Below are positions 13,790-28,400 of a DNA stretch of 64,000 nt, in pieces. A program made the position numbers and the translations under genes. Position 1 is the first letter of the stretch. Every line of letters begins with the position of its first letter. The notes under the pieces are model-generated. The model was not told where the DNA came from. It did no database searches and saw nothing but the letters and a program-made list of their open reading frames with translations. This DNA comes from Octopus bimaculoides (Eukaryota): contig NC_068988.1 of the NCBI RefSeq assembly GCF_001194135.2, positions 50,319,364-50,383,363 of the forward strand, written 5' to 3'.

Positions 13790-16027
13790 GTCAGTGTAAA
13801 TGTGTAACTTTATTATTTCTTCCATCTGTATTAGCATTTTTCCTTTTTCGCTTTTAATTTACTTGATGTTTGAATACCCAAATGTTACATGCAATCATAC
13901 AAAGTGGAGTGGATTTTCAAAATTTTCAGATTTAATTTTAAGGAATTGTTCGAACAAGCATTTTAAAATTAGATAGTTTCCACTTCTTGACAATAATTAC
14001 TCAACTATTAGTCGATGATTAATACATGTGGTTAACTAAATAGACTGAGATAAGTTAAGTTTATTGCCTATAAGCATAATACAATCTTTGTAGCATTGCT
14101 CGAAGTAAGAACCACCTGATCACTAGGTGTTAAAGGTGTTATGCCTCTGAAGTCTATAATTGATTTGGAACAGAATAGACGGGGACTGAATTTAAATTTA
14201 GAGTGAAAGGAAACTGGGTACAGTCTATAAAATCTCTACTGAAATATTTTGGTTGATTGAGACCATAAGCCTAAGAGGAGTCAACATGGACAGTGGATAT
14301 TTTCTTATCCAAGATATTTTCTTCACAGGTTACCTCCACAGTCAGAGATCAGCACCTCTTTACACAGCTATCCTTTTCATGATCTGAGATTGTGTGTTGA
14401 AATTAAAAGTGGTACCTCCACTATCTTAATAAGTCTTTACTATAATGATAAAGACAATTCCTGTAAGGCTTGAACTCAGAAAATAGAAGTGCATAATTAG
14501 ATATTACAAGGCATCTGATCTGGCACGCTCTTGCTTCAGTGTCCCAGTCAATAAAATTGTTGATAACATGTTCATTCCCTCCATTAGTCCTTGGCAAGGA
14601 TCTGATCTTGGCACTGGCAGCTAATGAATCACTCATCAGCAATATTTAATACACATCGCCTTTGCTTATATTGAAGGAAACCCCACAAGTCATTAAGAAT
14701 GAAACAAATTCCAGATGCAGGGCTGTTAGTACCAAAGACAGTATATGAACTGTTGATGATCTATTAAGTTATTTAAACCATATTCTAATGACTTGGCCAA
14801 CTGTAATTCTTTTAGAAATAGCTTATTAACCGAAAAGACAATTGAATATGAAGTTCCTGTCTGCTAATAAGAGACAAAGCCTCATCCTGCACGAATATTC
14901 CCATGGCAAAAGCAACAACTGCAGTAGTAGTAACAGTGATAGCAGCATATCTACCACCATCTCGCCATTAAACAAAGACAGGAAATAGACAATTGCTATC
15001 TAGTTTTGGGAAATACGTGTAAACAACTAGAAATTAATCTGCAATTTCAATTAATAAAGAGAGTATTATTTCCCCCCCCCCCCTTCCAGTGGCCATTTAT
15101 TAATAATTTCTCGAAAAGTGGTGCTGTCTTCAATTTCAACACCCCCCACGCTCTCCTTTTCCTTCTGGCTTTTCCTTATTAATTCAATTACTTCGTGTTT
15201 CAGCATTAATAGAAATAATATAGTCATAAAAATGTTCTGCTCCTTCATAGCTTAATATTTCGTCACACCAGCATTTTATGGTTGATGCCATTATCGCTGC
15301 TGCTGTTGTTGTTGTTGTTATTTTTATTGAGTCATAATATTGCAAGTTTCTCCAGTGCTGTTGTTGTTCTTCTTCTTCTTGATGATGATGATGAGGCTGA
15401 TGATAATGATGATGTTTTTAACTGCCACAAGGCCCAACTAAAAGAAAGAAAAACAAAAAGAAATAAGGATATTAATACATAACAAGACATTAGAACACAA
15501 ACTAAGAGAACAGAACAAAACAGAAATGGAGAGAGGAGGGTGATGTGAAAATGTGATAATTTCATTTCATTAGGCACAAAGACATTTTTGTAAGGAAAAA
15601 AGAATATAGTCGATTCATTTGATCCTAGTACTTTGATGAAACTTATTTTATTAACTTGGAAAGGCAAAGTTAGTCTCTGTGTGATTTGAGCAACTACATG
15701 AAATGTTGTTTTATATATTATATATCTTGGAGCTGTTCTTGTCTGGTTTTTTAGTCTGCTGGCCTGCTTCTCCACTAACTAATAAGGATTTGCTATAATG
15801 TTATTTTATTAATTATAATAAGATATGATAATAGTAATTGTTTTTTATCTTTTACCTGCTTTAGTCATTGGATTGCTACCATGCTGGGGCATTGCCTTGG
15901 ACAGTTTTAGTCACAGATTGACCTGCAATATTTAAGTCAAGTACTTATTCTGTTGGTCTCTTTTGTCGAATTGCTAATTCATAAGGACATAAACAAACAA
16001 ACACTGGTTATGTTGTGATGGTGAAGA

Positions 16028-16061
<34 letters not shown>

Positions 16062-19000
16062 TGGAGATCATCTTTTTGCGTCTGCTTTCCTTGCTGGCAT
16101 GGATTAGACAGTTTGACTGGAACTGGTAAGCTGAAGAGTTGTACCAAATTCCAGTCTGATTTGACATGGTTTCTATGGCTGGATACCCTTCCTAACCCCA
16201 ACCACTCTAAGAATGTCATGGGTGCTATTTACGTGCCACCGGCACGGGTGCTTTTATGTGACACCAGTAGCATTAGCCACAACTATGACTTCACTTTACT
16301 TGACAAGTCTTCTCAAGTACGGCATATTGCAAAAGGTTTTGGTCACTTGTCATTGCCTCCAGGAGGCCTCACATTTGAAGATCATATTTCATCTCTTTGT
16401 CCCATGTCTTCCTGGGTCTACCTCTTCCACAGGTTACCTCCACAGTTAGAGATCAGCACTTCTTTACACAGCTATCCTTTTCATGATCAGAGATCATGTA
16501 CTGAAATTAAAAGTGGTTGCTGCTTGTAAGACATAAGTTACCCAATCAGAATTACGCAAAGGCTATTAATTTCCTTTAAGCATTTATATGTAATATTGTG
16601 TCAAAATTATTGTCGCTTGAAACTTGACCTGTTCATTGGCAAAAATGCAACAGAATATTTTATCAGTGAACTGGTCACAGTTTCAAGCAACAAAAATTTT
16701 GACATTTTATTACAAATAAACGTTTAACTTAGTAAAGTTAATGGTCTTTGTGTGTTTCTGAATGGCTTATGTCTTCCATGCTGCAATCATTTTAGTTTAG
16801 CACACATAGTAGAAAACACTTGACTAAGGTGCAATGCAGTGGGACTGGACCTGATACCACATGGTTGCAAAATGAGTTTCTTAACTTCACAGCCATGCCT
16901 ACACCTAAATAATAATGATTCTAGTTTAGGAACAAGGCCAGAAATTTCTGTGAGTAGGAGGAATATGATTGATTTACTTTACTAAGCTTATCAAGACCAC
17001 AATGATGAAAGGCACAGTTTACCACCCCTGTTGCCTTTATTAATGTTCTTTCATATTTTGAATTCAAATTCAGCTAAGAATTTTGTTTGACACTTTACCA
17101 ATTCTGCAATTTATAATGATAATAGTTTTGGGACATGGTTATAAAACCTGCTGTTTACAAGCAAACTGGAAATGTAAACACTTGCTATTCATGCAGATCC
17201 CTAGAAGTGAAGTGAAATGATTCCATCCAGTAATTATTTCCAAACTGTTAAGAACAGTATATAATGATGATGGTGGTGGTGGTTTCTATTTTGGGTACAG
17301 GCCTGAAATTTAATGGGACCAGGGTTAGTTGATACCATAGACTCTCAGTACTAAATAGGTGCTTTATTTTATAGACCCCCAAAGGACAAAAACCAAACTT
17401 GACCTTGGCAAGATTTGAACCCAGAACATAAAGAAACAAAATATCCCTATGCATTGTTTTCCTAATCCTCTAGTGATTCTGCCAAATTACTGCTATAATA
17501 ATAATAATAATAATAATAATCCTTTCTACTATAGCCACTAATTTTGAAATTGTTTATGTCGGGTGCTAGTTGATTATATTAATATTGACCTCCAATACTC
17601 AACTGGTACGTATTTCATCGACCCCAAAAAGATGAAAGGCAAAGTCAGCCTCAATGGAATTTGAACTCGGAATATGAAGATGGACAATATTCCACTAAGC
17701 ATTTTGTCCAGCATGTTAACAATTCTGCCAGCTCACCATCATAATAATAATAATAATCTTTATTTTGGCATAAGGCCAGCAATTTTTAGGAAGTCAATTA
17801 AATCTCCCTCCCCCAATGCTCGACTGGTGCTTATTTTGTTGACCCTAAAAGGATGAAAGGCCAAGTAATCCTCATTGGATTTTGAACCCAGAAAGTTTAG
17901 ACATACAAAATGTTACTAAATATTTTGCCTTGCTGTCTAGTGATTCCACCACTTTAAGAGAAAAGGTTGATAAATATGGAGACCTGAGAATTGAGATCGT
18001 TAAAATATGGCAGCTATGAGAGTCAAACATAAAGGTTATCTCTGTTGTCATCAGAGCATTGGGTTCAATACCAGCCAACCTGAAAAAAACATCTGAAAAC
18101 TTTAGAAATACGCTGTAATCTAGGTGTATTGCAAAAGTTGGCATTACTTGGAACTGCACGCATATTGCATAAAGTACTGTCTGTCTGAGGTCCTTGTTGT
18201 GACTTGACAAACCGTACAAACCCCCGGTAGACAATATCTTCAATCAACAACCTCGCAATATTATATACTGTGCGATATCTATAATAATAATAGTAATAGT
18301 AGTGGTTTCTAATTTAGGCTCAGGACTAGCAGTTTTATGGGGAGGTGGTTAGTCAATGCCAAAACCCCAGTACTTTACTGGTACTTTATTTTATTGATTC
18401 CAAAGAAGTGGAAGCCAATGTTAACTTTAAGTGGAATTTGAACCAGTCATTCTCATGTTAGATAGTTGGATCAGGACTTATTTGAGGCAGGATTTTACAA
18501 CCAGGTACTCTTTCTGTCACCAATCCTTACTTGTTTTACAAAATAAGTGCTTTTTTTTTTTTTCCATTCAGCCTTGCTCTGTTGGTCAAGTATATTCTGC
18601 CACAGACCAGGCCTACCAATGATGGAATGCATGTGAAAGATCTTTGTATCTTCTTTTATCCTTTGTTGTTACACTGTGGTCATGCCGGGGCACTTCCTTG
18701 AAAGGTTTTACTTGAACAAATTGACATAAACAAACCAACTGTAGTTATCAAGCAGTGACAAACACAGACGCAAAGACACATACATGTACACATATATCAT
18801 CATCATCATTTAACGTCAGTTTTCCATGTTAGCATGGATTGAACAGTTTGACTGGAGTTGGTAAGGCGAGGGGCTGCACCAGGCTCCATTGTCTATTCTA
18901 GCACAGTTTCTACAGCTGGATACCCTTCCTAATGCCAACCACACCACAGAGTGTACTGGATGCTGTTAACACAGCAGCAGCACAAACACTTTTAATGTGG

Positions 19001-22000
19001 CACCAGCACTAGTATCAATTCCGTTGTGGCAGACAGGTCTTCTTGAGTACAGTAATGTGCCAGACATCTCCATTCTTAGTTATCTCCTTCATAAGACTCA
19101 GTGTCTTGAGATCATCCTTTAGTAGTTTGTCCCATGTCTTTCTAGATCTGTTCCTTCACACACACACACACCTATGATGGACTTCAACTCAGTTTCTTTC
19201 TATCAAATTCATTTACAAGGTATAGTTGGCTTGGGACTATAATCGAAGGCATTTGCCCAACGTGCTGTGCAGCTGGACTGAACCCAAACCCATGTAGTTA
19301 CAAAATGAGCTTCTTAACCACACTGCATGTCTAGGCCTATATTTATAACTAATAACACTGACTAAGTATCAAACATTTCATACTAAAAAAAAAAAAAAAC
19401 TGGTACTTATTTTATCAACACCTGAAAGATAAAAGACAAGGCTAACATTGTCAGAGTTTGAACACGGAACATAGTTAATTAAATACCACAAGGCGTGATA
19501 ATAATTTGTTAATTGTCATATAATCTCAGATTTATAAAGAATTTTATGACAATAGTAATTGTTTCTAATTAGAGACAGGGCTCTAATTAATAATTGCGAG
19601 TTGTTGAGGTTAGTCAGAACCATCAACTCCCGTACCAGACTGGTATTTTATTTTGTCAACCATCAAAGGGATAAATGGCTAAAATGATCCCAGCAGGTTT
19701 TGAATTCAGGATGTATATGATCATATCTAAGTACCACAAACTATTTCATTTTGTCCAGTGCTATAACAGCTGTCTAGCAATCCAATATCTTTAATGAGAA
19801 AATGGTTTCTGATTGAGACACGAGACCTGAAATTTGGGGTAGGAGGCTTGTTGATGCCACCAACTACAGTAATTAACTGGTACTTTATTTTATCAAGCCC
19901 AAAGGGATAAAAGGACATAGTTGACCTCACCTGAATTTGAACACTAAACACAGGGAGATGGGAGAAATAATGGAACCCATTATAGGCACAGGTGTGGCTA
20001 GCTATTTATGATTTCAGGTTCAGCCAGCCCCTCACAGTGTGGCACCTCGGACAAGTGTCTTCTATTTTAGCCCTAGGTTAACCAAAGCCTTGTGAATGGA
20101 TTTGGTTGGCAGAAAGAAGCCATTATGTATCTATGTATGTTTGTGCTTCCTTGTCTTGACATGACGTGACAGTTGTGACTGTCATACAAATGTCCATTTC
20201 CAATCTTCTGTCTGACCTTGGAGAAATATTATCTTGCTTGAAAACAAGTGGGGGCTGGCATTAAGAAGAGCATCTGACCATTGTAAATTTATCTCAGCAA
20301 ACTCTATCTGACCCATGCAAGCATGGAAAGGGCTGTTTGATTATATAATAAATATATATTTTCTTTGACATGAAGGTGATAGATGAAGGGTTATTACATA
20401 AGCAGGTTACATAGAAAAGTGGACATTGATGATGACGATATCCTGAAACAAAAGTAGGGAAACAATTAGTTAGGGCTTACATGACTCCCTTCGTGACCCT
20501 TTCTTGCCATCCTCACCCACCATTCAGGAAATTTGTCTGCCTTTTTGTCATCCTTTTCTCTGAGTAAAATGTGAGAAAACTGATGAGGGCTTAACTAGAA
20601 GGAATATGTCTGTCTTCAGTCTTTTCAGTCTTACTCACCAAAGAGATGATGATATTGTAAAACACAAAGAGGGGAAACTGTTCCCATGGTAATTAGTGCA
20701 CTTATCACAATGCCCAAATTGCTATCTAAGAGGCTGAAGGATATTGGAATTGCGACATCTATTGTTGATCTACAGAAAAGTACCATCCTGTATTTTGCAA
20801 GAATCTTAATATTCCTGAGATTCAAGAAAATCTATTGTTACCAAACCTCAAGATAATGTCCCTGTTAATTAAATTAGCATGTAATAGCTTTTGTATTATA
20901 ATGATAAAAATTGTTTCAAATTTTGCCACAAGGCCAGCAGTTTTTGAGTGGAAGGTTAGTCGTTTACATCAACCCCAGTACTTGATGAAAGCAAAGTTGA
21001 CCTCAAGAGCTATTTGTATTCAGACCATAAGGAGCCAGAAAAAAGGCCCGCTCGCTATTTTGTCTAATGCATCTGCCAGCTCACTGTATAACAATAATAA
21101 TCCTTTCTACTATAGACACAGTGCCTGAAATTTTATGGAGAGGGAGCAGGGCCGGATTAAGATCCTTAGAGGCCCTAAGCAGTTAAAAGATTTTGGTGCT
21201 CCCATATATATGTAATTCAAAATATAAAAAAATGATAATCTATAAAGTAAATTATTTATTTTTCAAAATGAAACAAAGCTAACAGTAAGATAGAAAATGT
21301 TTATTTTTATACACTTTCACTTAATATATATATAAAAAGTTTGTTTTTTTTAATTGCAAAATCTTCAATCAGATCCTCCTTATGATACCATGAACACTTC
21401 AAAATTATATTTCTGATGATATAAACCATCTCGAATAGCAAGTTTGAAGTGGTGACTTTTGTGCTGTAAACCATTTACAATTTCTGTGGTACCCCCACTT
21501 CCTTTGATGCCCTAAGCACTCACTTATTTTCCTTAATGGTTAAATCCAGCACTGGGCGGAGGTTAGTCGAAAGGATGACAGGTAAAGTCAACCTCAACAG
21601 AGTTTGAACTCAGATTATAAATGATGATGATAATCCTTTCTACTATAGGCACAAGGACTGGCATTTTAAAGGAGGGGATAAGTTGAATACATCAACCCCA
21701 GTGCATAACTGGTACTTATTTCAAAGCAAAGTCAGTACAAATAATAATTTCTAGGCATGGCTGTGTGGTAAAAAGCTTACTTCCCAACCACATGGTTCCA
21801 AGTTCAGTCCCACTGCGTGGCACCTTGGGCAAGTGTCTTCTATAGCCTCGGGCCAACCAAAGCCTTGTGAGTGGATTTGGTAGATGGAAACTGAAAGAAG
21901 CCCATTGTGTGTATATATATATATATATATATGTATATGTTTGTGTGTCTGTGTTTTTTACCCCCACCATTGCTTGACAACCGATGCTGGTTTGTTTACG

Positions 22001-22387
22001 TCCTTGTAAATTAGCAGTTCAGCAAAAAGAGACCGATAGAGTAAGTACTAGGCTTACAAAGAATAAGTCCTGGGGTTGATTTGTTCGACTAAAGATGATA
22101 CTCCAGCATGGCCACAGTCAAATGACTGAAACAAATTAAAGAATAGAATAAAAAATATGTACATAACTAGACATTTGGGTTGTAGAAAGGTTAATTTGAT
22201 TATATTGACCCCTCTGCTATGCTGGTACTTTATCAACCCTAGAAGGATGAAAGGTAAAGTCAGTCTCAATGGGATTTGAACTTTAGAATGTAAAGAGATG
22301 GAATAAATACCGAAAGCCATTTTGCCCAATGCTCCAGTGAATGATAAGTAGTAAGTGTGAAGAAAGGTGGTGGTGGTGGCAGTGGCG

Positions 22388-22458
<71 letters not shown>

Positions 22459-25400
22459 CGTTATTAAAACATCTTGACAAAATGAAAACAAAAATAGAAG
22501 AGGAAAACAATTACAGAAACAAGTAACTTCTCTCTTTCAAAATTCAATATGAAAAATATTGGAAGCAAACTTCCCTATTGAGCATTCCCGAACACGCCGT
22601 AATTATTAACAGAAAGCAACTGATTTGATCTGGGGGTTTGGTAGGAGAGTAAATGGGGGGAAGAGTAGTGGCAGGGCAGAATTGGGGTTGAATAGAGGGT
22701 GTGGTTCAGTGGAGGGGAGGCATAGGAAATTCAGTATGCCTCTCTACTTATTAATTACTTGCTGTGGCTAATTAGATTTGTTAACGAGGGCTTTGCCATG
22801 AGGCTCTAATGGGATGTTGAGGTGCAAGGTGGTGAAATAGTAGAGTGAGTTAATGGGAGGGGAGAGGAGAAGGTGGAGAGTGAAAGCAAGAAAATGAAAG
22901 AAATGTGTTAGGGCAGAGGAGTGAGGAAAGAGAGAGGGAACGAGACAGAAAGAGAAAGAGAGAGATGAAAACGAGGTGATGGTGTATTGCTTTTGATTGT
23001 TCTAGTGAGGAAACTTCATTAAAATTCAACTACCTGCCAACATCAGCATAATCACCATCGCTGCTGCTACACTTTTACACTCCCTTTCACCACCACCATT
23101 TCATCATCATCATCATCACCATCATCATCACCAACACTACCACCACCCTCCACAACTACCTCAACCAGAATTAACCATCACAATAACTACAACCATAACC
23201 AACAGCATTCATTCATCTTCTTCATCACAGCCACTGCTGCCTCCATGTAATTTCTACCTTGAAAACATTAACCGCTGCTACCACCACCACCAATCATAAC
23301 TATGAACCACAGCCAACAGCATCAATTCCTTCATTATTATCACATTCCTGCCATCACAGTCATCATCATCCTGCATCGGCCATAACCACCATCACCAGAA
23401 TCTTAACCACAACCTCTATTACAGATAGCACCGACACTTGCCTCTTTACTTCAAATTCTATCGCTACTATATTATCATCACAGCTTTCACCATGGGCAAT
23501 ACTATTATCATTGCTATTCATTATGACCACAAACAATATCACTACCATCTGCACCAACATGGGAACCTCTATGTGATCACTCATGGTCATTGAGGCACAC
23601 AAACCACTATGGCAACTAAAACAAATTGACTTCATTACTTATATTTAAGCCTAGTACTTCTTCGATCAGTTTCTTTTACCGCACTACTAAGTTACAGGGA
23701 TGTTAATACACCAGCACCAGTTGTCAAGTGGTGGTGGTGGTGGTGGAGGGACAGATACACACACACATATATCTATAATACATTAAAAGTCAGATTGAAT
23801 CTTGCTTGCTTGCTTGCTTGCTTGCAATGTTACTCAGGCAAACTGGTGCATAATGGGAAAATACTATGGATAAAGTTTCCCTGAAACATAAATATGAGCG
23901 GAATGAAAAATATTTTGTGTAAATTGGATAAGTAGTTGTGAAGATATTAAAGGTTTCCAGGGTATAAATACCCCAAAACAGTACATAATGGGAAAAGTCT
24001 CTGAAAATAACTTAACGAAATTAACTCATCACAGTCAACTGAAGTAAACAGGACAACTTCTATAGTCCCTCCTTAACCTCCAGCTTGCTCTTTTGTTAAA
24101 ATCATCAGGTCCTCATGAGATAAACTTGTTATAACACAGCTCTGCAGCCTTTTTTCACTTGTGGTATGCTTATATTCTTTTCAAAATTCAGTGGCACACC
24201 TGAACTAAAAATATAACTTATAGTGTAGGGAAAAAAAAGGTTATATTCAGGTTACACTGCAGCACACCTAGCATCGTTTCGTGGCACACCAGTGTGCTGT
24301 GGCATACCAGTTACAGAGCACTGCTCTATAGGAACCTAGCATCTTAAACAAATAATCTTCTATGACTTCTTCAAACTTTATATCATTTGCCAGTGTGACA
24401 ATATCTTGTTGAACTTTACTTGTAGATTTTCTGCTTTTGGAAAATCTGTAGATAAAGTCGGATCATATTTGTTTTGCCAAAGAATCATTTGTTGTTGAGG
24501 ATTTAACTTCATCCCACAATTCAGCTTTGTTATCTACTGCACTGCATTTATGGGTTGTTTTAACAGATATGCTTTGAAGTTACCTGTCACTACCTTTATC
24601 CACTGGCTGGAGCAAATAACCTGTTTACTAAGTAGCATGATGCATTACCTAAAAGGAGCAATACATTGTTGGAAATGTTATGCCTGGCAAACTTTCTCTT
24701 GGCAGCAGGAAAACAGCTGTAAAGCAGTTGGAAAAAGCTTTCCTATATGAATGTTCATATTATTAGCATAACCTTCAGAAGCCCCCTAGATTTTTGGACT
24801 GATATGATAGGAACTTTAATTGCATATGATGGTTTTACTTTACTAAAAATGAAAGTCCTACTTGGCATGCACATCCAGAAAATCTGTTTCATTTTTTTTT
24901 TTATGCGTATAACTCTTTCAACAATAATAGCACACTCAGAGAGGAAACATTTTAAGTATCACCACAGATCTATAAAGTCAAATATTCAACAAACTAGTTT
25001 GTTGAACATCATCATCATCATCATTTAATATCCATGTTTTATGCTGACATGGGTTGTAGAGTTTGACAGGATGCAATGGGTCCAAGGTCTTCATCATGCT
25101 CCAATGTCTACATGGTTTCTAAGGCTGGATGCTCTTCCTAACATCAACCACTTTACAACATTTACTGGGTGCTTTTTTTTTAATGCCACCAACACTATTG
25201 AGGTCACCATGCAGCTCACAAGACTACGAATTCTGAGGGAGCATTTGATCTGATTTTCTTTTTACTGTCACATATTGCCTCCACTGTAAATGTTGCAAAC
25301 TTTAATATTTTTCAATATGGCTAAGTTGTTTTCCTGCATCAAAGCTTTGTAAATAAGCATCAAGTTTAACGTTGAGTAACTCCTTCTTTTTGCATATCTA

Positions 25401-28400
25401 CTTTCATTTCCACTTGATGGTCTTTTCCTAGTCATCTCAAATAAAGATAGTCTACTCTAGCTTCTGTTAAATCCAACAGTGACAGAAAAGAAATCAACAC
25501 TCACCAGTAAAAGAGTAGAATTTGAGGACTTTAGTCATGTTTTGTGTTGGCAAAAAGTTGTTTTATTACATGAGATATGGAAAATACAAGAAAATGAAAG
25601 GGTGTAGGGGTGAAGTGCAAGGAAGTATTATTTGACTAAGTTTTGTGTGTGTGTGTGTGTGTGTGAAGTATGAAGGCTGAAATAAAGACAATGGGGAGCA
25701 AAGGTTAGTAGCAAGACCCAGAACAGTTGAATTGGTGCACACACAAGCAAGGCAAGTGGTACCAATCAAGAAGCGTGTAGGTATTAGCAGGTATGTTGTA
25801 ATTGTGAGCAATGAAAAACAAAGTTAGTTGAATGGGTTCATGCACCAACAAAATGGAATGGAAGAGGGGGTCATTTAAATACTACCAAGGTTTGGTCAAA
25901 GTATGTGTTGTGATTTTAACTTTTAAAATTGTCAAATTTTACCCAAGTTTTCTTGACGGTAGAATTACAGACTGTATCTCAGAATTATTAGTTTGCAGTT
26001 TCTTTATAATATCCGTAAGAAGAGAATTTCATAAATAGTTTTTGTAATCATAGGGATGCTTGTACTTGTTCTTTTTATACATGTTTATACACCATAACAA
26101 TGCATACATGTGTATATAACTTTTCTCACATGTACACCACAAGTAGGTTTTCTAAGACAAGGTAGTAATATTCTTGGGTGAAGCATAAAAAATGTTATTT
26201 TTCTCACACTTTTCAATATAAAACTTCCTACCTTATAAGAAATTAATATTATTATTCACTGTTCATCCACTTTGCTCTCCCTCTCTATTTCTCTAAATTA
26301 TCAGTTTGGTTACATGTTTAGAGCCTACAATTTTGCAGTTCATATCTTTACTAGCTTAGCATTTCCCTTGCTAAGATTGATTAGATTAAGAAAAAGGATG
26401 GAGAGATACCTCAAATATCAGTGGTAAAGCTGAATATTTCACAGGTTGTAGTTCAAACTGTCAATTTTAGTGCCTTTGTGAAGACATACCACAGATCTAG
26501 AATTGGGTCAGTTAAAAAGAAAAATTGTTTCTTCTTCCTGGCATTGTGGACAGAAAAGCCTCTACTATTCCATAAATGAGAAGTGTTCCCACCTGGGAAT
26601 GGAAACCAAAGATCCATGAACTGCTCAGATGGTTCACATAAAATATTGTTGATAGGTTCTGTTGCCTAGACAACTATAACAAGAGCATTGCTGCTGAAGT
26701 AACACAAGAAGTGGAAAAGATTCTGGGAGCTTATACTTCTGTTTTCATCAAACAGTTTTCAGACTAATGAAGAAGTATGTAATTTTCTAGAAATAACACC
26801 CTAATTTTCCTTAAATTATATCTTTAGAGTAGAACACACTGGATGAAGTAATTTTAGATACTTTGTCTGAAAAATGATGCCATTGTCATGACTGAAGCAT
26901 CTTTGTCCTTAAATCTGTTTGATTATGTTTGACCTTGAGATGAACAACAACAACAAAGGGTTTTGTTGTGCAGAATTATTGTGTGGAGGGAAACATCTTG
27001 TTGAGACAGACTTCTGATACAAAAGGATAATGACTACTGGGATGGAACTGAATCATCTGAACGATGTTGGTCCTCACAATAAGATATTTGTTCAAGACAA
27101 ATGTAAATGTGTAATAGTGTTAACCTATTCAACCCATGTTAGTAAGGTAAGCTTAAATGTTGAAATGATGAAACCTTTACCTTTCTATTTTGATTTCTAT
27201 CAATCCATTTGTCTCACCTGCTCACCTATCATTTTATTGTTCTCCCTGTCTATTGCTCTCTCTCTTTCTCTCTTTGGGCATACATAAATGCATATACTCT
27301 CACACACAAGCCTTAAGCAAGTATTGTTTCTTTTTACTTGCTTATTTCTTTCTTACTCTAGTTTGATAAGAAAATTCATCCAAGATGTCAGTCTAATTCT
27401 TTTTCCTTTTTTCAGTATACAATTCACATCTCTGAAGGTATTTTATTTGGTGGGGGGTTAACATTTTGTCCACTATCTTTTGAGTTTTTCTCTACCTGTT
27501 GTAACCTCTCATATTGTCCAAATGTCCAACTTTCATACCCTTCATTCCATTTATGTTATTTCACATATTAACACATATACACATATATTTTATATACATT
27601 TATATCGTATCTATCTCTCCACTGCAGCTGAACGGATGGAAACAAAGGAGATGGTAGCCTTTGTATGTGAGAAAAACAACTTAACGCTGGACTGTGGAGA
27701 CACCGGCATCATCAGAATAACCCGTGCCAACTATGGTAGGTTCACCATCAACCAATGCAATTTCTTTGCACAAGTAGATGGTTGGAATATACAGTGTCAC
27801 TCAAAACTCTCAAATATCGTTGCACGTGAAAGGTGAGTACAGCTGGTATTAACTACTTTTAATCACTCCACTTTCATCCATTTGTTATTTTTATGGCACT
27901 GTATTTTTTATGCATTTATGTATGAATAAATGTTTTTGCTAGCATATGTGTTTATATTGGCGTATGTATGTGTATCTGAATCAACCTGAGTGTGTCTCTT
28001 AGTCTTAATTAGTTCCTCCCGTACAGTTGGCTTGTACATCGGACAGCCAGAACATTGCCATTCATTTCGGTTTTGAGTGTAATTGCTTGATTCTTTAAAG
28101 AGTGTGTATGTCTAAATTAGCCTGTATAACAATCTGAATGAACCTCTGTGTGTGTTTAAATTGGCCTGTGTCAGAGTAAACCTTTATGTATGTGTTTTGT
28201 TTTTGTTTTTCCTAATTGAATGAATGTATGAAATTCAGACATATTCATGATATTATAGACAATGTCTTATTTTTTGAGAATGACTGATTGTTGATAGGGT
28301 GGGTAACGGAAAATCCACTGTAGGGTGACTTCGTTCCTACTGTTTATGGCTAAAATAATTTGCTTTCTATTTTGTAAGTATTGATAATATCTGCATATGG

